Translations under genes and position numbers: made by a program
Notes under the pieces: model-generated
The model's input: only the letters and a program-made list of their open reading frames with translations
Told to the model about the DNA's origin: nothing
Databases searched by the model: none
Source of the DNA: a virus
DNA length: 35,318 nucleotides
Virus record (IMG/VR): IMGVR_UViG_3300009423_000003
Direction: 5' to 3' (one strand)
Shown here: one piece after another, positions 17,279 through 23,443 of the stretch
Numbering within the stretch: the stretch's first letter is position 1
How the letters are laid out: every line of letters begins with the position of its first letter

Positions 17279-17897
17279 TGGTGAGGGTGGTAGAATTGAA
17301 ACCGTTCTTAATAAAACTGGATTTAAAAGCAAAAGAAAAGCATCTAATCAATTTTTTGGTGCAAAATTAAGGGATGCAGTAGAGACTTATGAGAATTGGC
17401 CTACAGCAGATGCGACCAATATTAGCGATGGAGTACCCTGGGAAATATCTGGAAAACAGCTTGAGGAAAGAAGAGCTAGAGTTAAAAAGGCGGTCAAAGA
17501 GGGAAAAACTAAAGCTGGGAGTGGCAGATCGGTCAATTTGGCGATGGCGGTACAGAGGGAAATGTCTTGGTCTACACCAAACACAATGGATCACTTACCA
17601 CCAAAAGAAAGAGAGGCAATGGAAAGAATTTATGAAACGCATAGGAAAGGAGAAAAATCATGTCTAAAAATTGGCCTGCAAGACCAAAACAAGAGCAATA
17701 TAGATGGGAAGAACCAAGAGTCGTGGGGAACACCGAAAGAACAAGACAGTCGAGCGGCAATGAGCGACAGGAAAAAAAGCAACTTAGGAGAACAGGCTCA
17801 GAACAAGACCGGAAAAAAGCTCAATCCGAATTGGGTGGAACAATTGATGGGTCTACCAGTAGGGTGGACTCAACTACCAACCGAGTGGACAGATTGA
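17256..17897 (+). CDS. C5-methyltransferase target-recognition region, in frame 3
   Basis: Repeated W-P/S/G-T-P/A modules (SWPTARLSDGEGG, NWPTADATNISDG, SWSTPNTMD, SWGTPKEQD) and LNPNWVEQLMGLPVGWT are typical of the C-terminal half of phage C5-MTases. It is out of frame with the catalytic half, and no convincing start of its own was found. Confidence 0.65.
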   Translation, partial: WPTARLSDGEGGRIETVLNKTGFKSKRKASNQFFGAKLRDAVETYENWPTADATNISDGVPWEISGKQLEERRARVKKAVKEGKTKAGSGRSVNLAMAVQREMSWSTPNTMDHLPPKEREAMERIYETHRKGEKSCLKIGLQDQNKSNIDGKNQESWGTPKEQDSRAAMSDRKKSNLGEQAQNKTGKKLNPNWVEQLMGLPVGWTQLPTEWTD

Positions 17898-17977
17898 GAT
17901 TGTTAGGAAATGGCGTAGTGCCGCAGATGTGTGAACGCGCGTTGCGAATACTATTGAGGGATGTTCATGCCAAATAA
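17882..17977 (+). other. C5-methyltransferase motif X segment, back in frame 2 (RVDRLRLLGNGVVPQMCERALRILL...)
   Basis: The (R)LxxLGNxVVP motif X lies in frame 2, just past the frame-3 stop at 17895-17897. Confidence 0.65.
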
Positions 17978-18063
17978 GGAAGCCAAGAATCGTAAGCGTT
18001 TAAAACGCAAAAAGACGTTAGAGATAAAGCAATATAAAGCACAAAAAAGAAGAGAAAGAAAAG

Positions 18064-18249
18064 ATGCCAAAAAAGATTAAAAAAGCACTACAGCAAGACG
18101 ATTGGAAGAGATGGAAGCGTAAATGGCCGTACAAAAGCATAGAGGATCCAAAGTATATACGCGAGAAAAAAGCTACATTGATTAAAAACGGCAATGGGTG
18201 GTGGTACGATAAAGGATATAGAAGGTCTTTAGTTGAACAGTATAGTTAA
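18064..18249 (+). CDS. Small basic hypothetical protein
   Basis: ORF track. An alternative 37-aa basic ORF at 17967..18080 overlaps it, so the choice between them is uncertain. Confidence 0.4.
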   Translation: MPKKIKKALQQDDWKRWKRKWPYKSIEDPKYIREKKATLIKNGNGWWYDKGYRRSLVEQYS

Positions 18250-18307
18250 CACTCTAAATAAATGCTTAATAGATAATAAAGAGGTCTATGTGTAATAATT
18301 GATTTAG

Positions 18308-18368
18308 GGCTAGACAGAAAAGATTGTTTAATAGTTAATTAGTTATCTAAACAAAAAACCGTCTAGCC
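18308..18368. repeat. Nested inverted repeat upstream of the primase gene
   Basis: Outer arms GGCTAGAC (18308-18315) and GTCTAGCC (18361-18368). Inner arms TTGTTTA (18324-18330) and TAAACAA (18348-18354). The core is AGTTAATTAGTTA. Confidence 0.5.
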
Positions 18369-18392
18369 TTAATTCAACTAAGAGGAATATGT

Positions 18393-19154
18393 ATGATAGA
18401 TAATGTGTTTAATTTATTTGAAAGCTATGTAAAAAACATAAGAAAGGCTAGTAAGCCTGGTAATTGGGTAGGCCTATGTCCTTTTCACGAAGAGAAAACA
18501 CCAAGCTTTTATTTTGATGAAGAGGGGCTATATAATTGTTTTGGCTGCAATACGAAGGGAAATGCGATAACTTTTGCAAAAGCGTTCGGAGAAGAGGCTC
18601 TAGAATTGCCCAAAATAGAGAGATCTAAACGTAAGGTGAAGGAATGGTCACCTCCAAAACCGCTAGATCCTCATAGATGGTTTGATGTATTAAATCAGGC
18701 CGTTGACAATTTACTGTTTAATTACGATGATATTGTAGGTGATTTTCCCTGGGATAAGCGTATTGTTAAGAAATTATACATAGGTTACGATGAAGGTACG
18801 TTCTTGTTTCCATATTTTAACCATGAGGGGCGCTTGGTCAACATAAAATGGCACAAAAAGAAACAGGTGACTGGTCACGCGACTACATATATCTATCCGA
18901 TGTGGCATATGCTCCGAAAATATAGAGGTGACAAGACATTGTATATTGTTGAAGGTGAAAAAGATTGTGTTTCTATGATTTCTAGTGGCAAACAGGCGAT
19001 ATCTTTTAGCAATGGAGCCAATTGCACCCCTGCGGATGAGTTATTGGGTATGGTTACAAGTAAATTTAGCGATATTTCGGTTATTTTTGATGATGATGAG
19101 GCAGGAAAGAAAGCGGAAGCTAAGATGATTGAGTATGGTAATGCCAAAGTTTAG
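18393..19154 (+). CDS. DNA primase (CHC2 zinc finger + TOPRIM), truncated within TOPRIM
   Basis: CPFHEEKTPSFYFDEEGLYNCFGC (CHC2). TOPRIM Glu YIVEGEKDC and DxD FDDDEAG. The ORF ends 15 codons after the DxD motif. Confidence 0.9.
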   Translation: MIDNVFNLFESYVKNIRKASKPGNWVGLCPFHEEKTPSFYFDEEGLYNCFGCNTKGNAITFAKAFGEEALELPKIERSKRKVKEWSPPKPLDPHRWFDVLNQAVDNLLFNYDDIVGDFPWDKRIVKKLYIGYDEGTFLFPYFNHEGRLVNIKWHKKKQVTGHATTYIYPMWHMLRKYRGDKTLYIVEGEKDCVSMISSGKQAISFSNGANCTPADELLGMVTSKFSDISVIFDDDEAGKKAEAKMIEYGNAKV

Positions 19155-20253
19155 AAAATCAGATATAGAATTGCAGAATGGGGAAGATTTGACCGATTTT
19201 TTACAGCGTAATGGTAAAATTACCGATGAAAAGGTAGTCAAGAACGGCACAAGTGTATTGCAGGGTATGGATATATGGGATACTCCAAGCCGAGATGTAG
19301 AGTGGGCGGTTAAGGATATGATTCCGATGCGTAAAAAGACAGTAGCTGTTGGTGATTTCGAGGCAGGGAAGAGCTATTTGTACCTGGGGGCAGCCTTATC
19401 TATTGCAGGAGGGAAGACTGGGTATATCGGATTTGAGATACCAAAGATGCGTAAAGTGTTGTATGTGGATCTAGAGAATGGTATCGATGAAACACTTGGC
19501 AGGATACGGAAGTTAACTGTTGGGCATCAGATTGATAAGTTAAAAGCATCAGATAATCTAACGCTTATTACGAAGCCAGGTGATTTTGAAGAGGTATTTC
19601 CGCTTATAGAGACACAAGTTTTAGTGCAAAAGCCAGATGTGATAATTATAGACAACCTCTATCAGCTTTCTGGCGCAAGTAATATATCGGATGCAGATAA
19701 GATAAAGCCGTTGTTGACTAAGATAGAGAGATTAAAGGAAAAGAGCGATGCTGCGCTAGTGGTGATACATCATTTTAACAAGAATACACAAGACCAGGGG
19801 GTTGCTGAAGAGAGAATGGCAGGGTCAAGTGTGCTTAATTGGTGGTATGAGCATTGTTTGCTTTTGTGTAAGACAAATCAAGACTTTAGTTTACTTGCGA
19901 TAGGCAAGAGTCGTATGGGTTCTAAGAATCCTGGAGTCTATGGTATAGAGATAAACGATCAACCACAAGGTGGTGTAGCGGTAGAGTGCGGTGGCCTGGT
20001 TTCTAGTGATAAGATCAAGGGTCTGGTCATTCCAGAGCCTCGCAAGACAAAGTGGGAGCATCACTTGAGTAGAATGGCGGATGATTTTGAGACATACGAG
20101 TGGTTAAATGTCTGTGGGGATACTCAGGATGACAAAGTGTCTGATGGTACAGCGCATAGGTGGTTAGGGGAGATGGCAGCGGTTGGAATAGTTAAAAAAT
20201 TGTCTCATGGTAGGTATAAAAAGACCAAAATGACCTTTTATGAGACAGATTAG
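19129..20253 (+). CDS. RecA-fold replicative helicase (RepA/DnaB-like) whose N-terminus carries the last TOPRIM motif
   Basis: N-terminus ...DIELQNGEDLTDFLQRNGK. Walker A GDFEAGKSY and Walker B PDVIIIDNL. Frame 1 opens right after TGA 19126-19128. Confidence 0.85.
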   Translation: MSMVMPKFRKSDIELQNGEDLTDFLQRNGKITDEKVVKNGTSVLQGMDIWDTPSRDVEWAVKDMIPMRKKTVAVGDFEAGKSYLYLGAALSIAGGKTGYIGFEIPKMRKVLYVDLENGIDETLGRIRKLTVGHQIDKLKASDNLTLITKPGDFEEVFPLIETQVLVQKPDVIIIDNLYQLSGASNISDADKIKPLLTKIERLKEKSDAALVVIHHFNKNTQDQGVAEERMAGSSVLNWWYEHCLLLCKTNQDFSLLAIGKSRMGSKNPGVYGIEINDQPQGGVAVECGGLVSSDKIKGLVIPEPRKTKWEHHLSRMADDFETYEWLNVCGDTQDDKVSDGTAHRWLGEMAAVGIVKKLSHGRYKKTKMTFYETD

Positions 20254-20449
20254 GCCTGGGGGGAGGGTATGAGAGTTTTGATAGTTTTGATAGTTTCAAG
20301 CCTCCAAACTCTCAATACTCTCAATACTAACGCACCCTCACTCCCTATTTTCTACCTTTTTAGTAGAATTTTTGGGAAAAACCCTCATTCAAACTCACAT
20401 TCAAACTATCATTACCCTTACCCTGTAGATATAAATATAAAAATACCCT
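20254..20449. repeat. Non-coding repeat field (candidate replication origin or regulatory region)
   Basis: Tandem 9-mers AGTTTTGAT x2 plus AGTTTCAAG (20274-20300). CTCAATACT x2 (20311-20328). CATTCAAACT x2 (20386-20407), which are roughly the reverse complement of the first set. Hairpin TTCTAC/GTAGAA. An iteron-like copy lies at 20413-20447. Confidence 0.45.
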
Positions 20450-20794
20450 ATGTCAGATAATATAGAAGACCCTTTAAGCAGTATTATAGATAAGTTAGAT
20501 CTGAAGTTGACTGACCCTTTGTCAGATGATATAAAAGAGTATCTAAGTGATAAGTATCATCATAATCAATGCAACTTAGGTAGGCCAGAGTTAGACTATT
20601 ATTGTATGTTAGCTTATAAAGATGAGAACGATAAGCTACTATGTGGTGCTATCTTAAATTGGTCAAAACATCTTCAGGTAGAGGGGCTGCGTAAGTGCTT
20701 CTTGCTTATGAAGTATGAGCATAAGTTGGCTGAAGCGAATCGTAGGCGCAAGGGTAACTTTACAGGTCCTAAACACAAGAAGCTTAATAGATAG
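20450..20794 (+). CDS. Hypothetical protein
   Basis: ORF track. No clear SD. Confidence 0.45.
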   Translation: MSDNIEDPLSSIIDKLDLKLTDPLSDDIKEYLSDKYHHNQCNLGRPELDYYCMLAYKDENDKLLCGAILNWSKHLQVEGLRKCFLLMKYEHKLAEANRRRKGNFTGPKHKKLNR

Positions 20795-20822
20795 TTACCC
20801 TTTCGATCTTATTATAAGATTT

Positions 20823-20975
20823 CTAAGCCTCACTCTCTTTTACAATATCCATATAGCAACCTGGAATATCATCGATACTAATTTTATTATTTTCCAAGTC
20901 TCCAATAATATTGTAAATATTCAAAGCTTCTTGCTCTAAAGCTTCTATGATTTTTGTTTTTTCGTTTATTATCAT
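20823..20975 (-). CDS. 50-aa hypothetical protein, not in the ORF track (MIINEKTKIIEALEQEALNIYNIIGDLENNKISIDDIPGCYMDIVKESEA)
   Basis: Translated by hand from the reverse complement. ATGA overlap with the stop of 20972..21193. Confidence 0.45.
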   Translation of the reverse strand: MIINEKTKIIEALEQEALNIYNIIGDLENNKISIDDIPGCYMDIVKESEA

Positions 20976-21193
20976 AGCTGCACCTCGCTTTCTTTTATTA
21001 ACTCAACTCGTTCGTTGTCGTATAAAGTCCAATCCACTTGATCACTACCCTCATCGCATTTATCCCAGGCGCTTATGCCTTTCATTACAGCCGAATTTTC
21101 AATATAATAACATCTACCCTTTATAGTGATATATAAAGAATCTTCTGATGTTATATTGACAATTACCCCCCTATGTTTTATTGTTTTACTCAT
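20972..21193 (-). CDS. Hypothetical 73-aa protein
   Basis: ORF track. SD context AACGAAAGGGTAATAAAATG. Confidence 0.6.
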   Translation of the reverse strand: MSKTIKHRGVIVNITSEDSLYITIKGRCYYIENSAVMKGISAWDKCDEGSDQVDWTLYDNERVELIKESEVQL

Positions 21194-21194
21194 T

Positions 21195-21326
21195 TTATTA
21201 CCCTTTCGTTATTAATATAAAAATCAATTATTACCCTTTATAGAATAATATAAAAATCAATTATTACCCTTTGTAGAATAATATAAAAATCAATTATTAC
21301 CCTTTGTAGAATAATATAAAAAATTA
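21195..21326. repeat. Four tandem 33-bp direct repeats (iteron-like)
   Basis: Units start at 21195, 21228, 21261 and 21294, with an exact 33-bp period. Consensus on the plus strand is TTATTACCCTTTGTAGAATAATATAAAAATCAA. The first unit is degenerate and the last is truncated at the stop of the upstream ORF. Confidence 0.9.
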
Positions 21327-21470
21327 AACCTGGTTTTGGTTAATTTTAACTTTTGAACGTCTTTTAATTTCGTTCTCGCATTGCCTTCTAAATGATATAG
21401 AATATTTTTTAATACCATATATGACAATTACAAGTTGTAAGCCGTTAAGCTGCGCAACGGTTTTATTCAT
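21324..21470 (-). CDS. 48-aa basic hypothetical protein, not in the ORF track (MNKTVAQLNGLQLVIVIYGIKKYSISFRRQCENEIKRRSKVKINQNQV)
   Basis: Translated by hand. SD AAAGAGGTTGATTTATG. Confidence 0.4.
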   Translation of the reverse strand: MNKTVAQLNGLQLVIVIYGIKKYSISFRRQCENEIKRRSKVKINQNQV

Positions 21471-21564
21471 AAATCAACCTCTTTAAATGTTAAAAAATAT
21501 TAACATAAAAATCCATACGCTCATGATAAATACAAGCGTAATAAATTCTTTAAATAATCTAAAT

Positions 21565-21786
21565 TTATTCATTTTCTAACCTGTTATTTAATGGATTAAA
21601 ATATTTGACTGTCTTCAGTATTTGCGACCAATTCGCTCCACTTTTAGCGCTTATTTTATAACGGCCGTCACTTTGCTTAGATACTTTAAAGTCGCTTAAT
21701 TTTTGTCCAAAAAAACGCATTGTATCATCGCTAAAAAAATAAGGTGCTGTTTTAAGTGTTCTCTCTTTTATTTCTTGTATAGTCAT
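21565..21786 (-). CDS. Hypothetical 73-aa protein
   Basis: ORF track. Its start context is supplied by conserved element copy 1. Confidence 0.6.
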   Translation of the reverse strand: MTIQEIKERTLKTAPYFFSDDTMRFFGQKLSDFKVSKQSDGRYKISAKSGANWSQILKTVKYFNPLNNRLENE

Positions 21787-21868
21787 TTTTAGATTCCTTT
21801 CGTTTTAACCTAAGACACTTCAACAGATCCGTTGAAGTGTTTCGTTCTTCTAAACTCTTTAGTTAGGG
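21784..21868 (-). promoter_or_regulatory. Conserved structured intergenic element, copy 1 (putative cis-regulatory RNA or processing site)
   Basis: The flanks are nearly identical to 22658..22740. 10-bp stem 21815-21824/21831-21840, a small 4-bp hairpin at 21844-21855 and closing CCTAA/TTAGG pairs. It ends in the SD and ATG of gene 21786<-21565. Confidence 0.7.
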
Positions 21869-21869
21869 T

Positions 21870-22472
21870 TTAATGAATTATAAGACCTACATTTTTCGTT
21901 GAATTATACCACCTGGTTGCATATAAATCGAATTCTGAGCTGTCCGTATAATTAGCTTTTTTCAATGCCTCAAGGCTCTCAAATATTTTTGCGTGCCTGT
22001 CCGTTTTTTGGTCAACGAATTTATTTTGCTTACCACTATCCGAAAATATAAAATCAAAATTAATTGGAATTGATTTTAAATTCTTAATCATGGTTATGTT
22101 ATTAGTGTAGGAATAGAATTTAACATCAGGATTATCTTGAGCAATTTGAAACCATTTTAAAAGATATTGTTTGCTGTAATAGTCGCCTGAATCGTGCACC
22201 CTGATATATTCGGCCTTCTTGTCTTTTATATCCTTATTCATAGCCTCAACAAAGTCATTTTTTAAAGTGGCTTTAAGTTTTAATTCCATCCACTTAGACG
22301 CCATTTTGTACATACCTTTTTGAGCATAACAAAATTTAATACAGGCGTCCGCCATTGGACAAGTTACCATACCACTTTTAGATTTATAGGCAGGAATTGA
22401 AAAATTATACAGGCGTACATTAAAATGTTTACCTGTCTTTTTTATCTTGCTGTTTTGTGTCAATAAGTTCAT
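21870..22472 (-). CDS. GP88-like domain protein (Cys cluster CPMADACIKFCYA, HDSGD motif), function unknown
   Basis: The pattern TCP...C...CYA ... vHDSGDyys ... FYsYT matches my recollection of the phage gene-product-88 family. Confidence 0.6.
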   Translation of the reverse strand: MNLLTQNSKIKKTGKHFNVRLYNFSIPAYKSKSGMVTCPMADACIKFCYAQKGMYKMASKWMELKLKATLKNDFVEAMNKDIKDKKAEYIRVHDSGDYYSKQYLLKWFQIAQDNPDVKFYSYTNNITMIKNLKSIPINFDFIFSDSGKQNKFVDQKTDRHAKIFESLEALKKANYTDSSEFDLYATRWYNSTKNVGLIIH

Positions 22473-22660
22473 TATTTACCTCTCTTTTCAAATGACAACT
22501 CAGAGCGCAGCTTACACGCTTCTAATATAGCGCTAACATCCTCTAATATACTTTCGTCTGTGTAGTCATTGCCCGTTGCATAAATTTCAGATGTTAAAAA
22601 TTCCTCAATTAATTGTAGCGAGTGGTATTGTTCATGTGTTATGGTAATTGATTTATTCAT
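22472..22660 (-). CDS. Small acidic protein (paralog of 22735..22932)
   Basis: ITHEQYHSLQLIEEFLTSEIYATG aligns without gaps to ISKKECNALAEIRDHINGCIYENG in the neighbouring gene. Confidence 0.6.
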   Translation of the reverse strand: MNKSITITHEQYHSLQLIEEFLTSEIYATGNDYTDESILEDVSAILEACKLRSELSFEKRGK

Positions 22661-22740
22661 TTTAGATTTCCTTTCGTTTTAACCTAAGACCCTCTACAGA
22701 TCTGTAGAGGGTTTCGTTCTTTCGAACTCTTCAGTTAGGA
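22658..22740 (-). promoter_or_regulatory. Conserved structured intergenic element, copy 2
   Basis: Perfect 24-bp palindrome 22689-22712 (ACCCTCTACAGATCTGTAGAGGGT), GTTC-GAAA-GAAC hairpin and the same flanks as copy 1. Its 5' (sense) end overlaps the stop codon of 22735..22932. Confidence 0.7.
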
Positions 22741-22932
22741 TTTTTTAACTTCAATCCATTTTTTAATTAAGCCGTTTAAAGTTTCCGAAAGCTCATAGTC
22801 ATCAAATTCTATTTGGCCTGCCTCTTTCATTTCGTCTTCAAATCCATTCTCATAAATACAGCCGTTAATATGGTCTCTAATTTCGGCTAAAGCGTTACAT
22901 TCTTTTTTGCTAATTTTAATTTTTCTACTCAT
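22735..22932 (-). CDS. Small acidic protein (paralog of 22472..22660)
   Basis: ORF track. Its ATG lies 2 nt downstream of the stop of the upstream gene (22934..23407). Confidence 0.6.
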   Translation of the reverse strand: MSRKIKISKKECNALAEIRDHINGCIYENGFEDEMKEAGQIEFDDYELSETLNGLIKKWIEVKKS

Positions 22933-22933
22933 T

Positions 22934-23407
22934 TTAATTTCTTTCCTTTATTTTTTTAATTAGTTTATAATCATCATCCTCAAAAACTATATGCTCTTCA
23001 ATCTTATGAATTAGAAAATATTCAGTAGGTAATTGATTCTTTTTATTAACTTCTGTCCAATATTCTCTTTCAAGCTTTAAAGACTTTTTAGTTCTTTTAA
23101 ATGGATTTTCTTTAGTCTTTAATCCATAAGCCGTTAGCGTGTATTTACCGTCCTTATTTTTTTTAATTCTAGGCTTATCGCATTTATAACTTGATGCCCC
23201 AAACTTTAATAGAACTAAATTAGTATTTCCGTAACCTTGATAGTCTGTTCTAGTCCTCCACTTATCATTCTTAAATTCTTTAGTGATTTCATAAAACCCT
23301 TTATTGTTAAGCTTAACAGATTTTAAAAGCCTATTCATATCTGAATATTTTAACGGCTCTTTCTCTAGCCAATTCATTAAAAAAGTATATTTATTTTTAT
23401 GTTTCAT
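22934..23407 (-). CDS. Hypothetical basic 157-aa protein, first gene of the minus-strand island
   Basis: The start was moved to Met16 of the track ORF (MKHKNKY...). It has a strong SD (AGAAGGAAATACTATG) and lies downstream of the predicted promoter. Confidence 0.55.
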   Translation of the reverse strand: MKHKNKYTFLMNWLEKEPLKYSDMNRLLKSVKLNNKGFYEITKEFKNDKWRTRTDYQGYGNTNLVLLKFGASSYKCDKPRIKKNKDGKYTLTAYGLKTKENPFKRTKKSLKLEREYWTEVNKKNQLPTEYFLIHKIEEHIVFEDDDYKLIKKIKERN

Positions 23408-23443
23408 AGTATTTCCTTCTATTTGTTTGCTTGTCATGGTTAT

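Noticed and set aside
20269-20460. 63-aa ORF from the ORF track (MRVLIVLIVSSLQTLNTLNT...)
   Set aside because: It lies entirely within the short-tandem-repeat field. Its repetitive peptide simply mirrors the DNA repeats, and it has no SD. I treat it as non-coding origin-like DNA.
21195-21326. Possible CRISPR array
   Set aside because: The 33-bp units are directly abutting with no spacers and no cas genes. This is a tandem repeat, not a CRISPR array.
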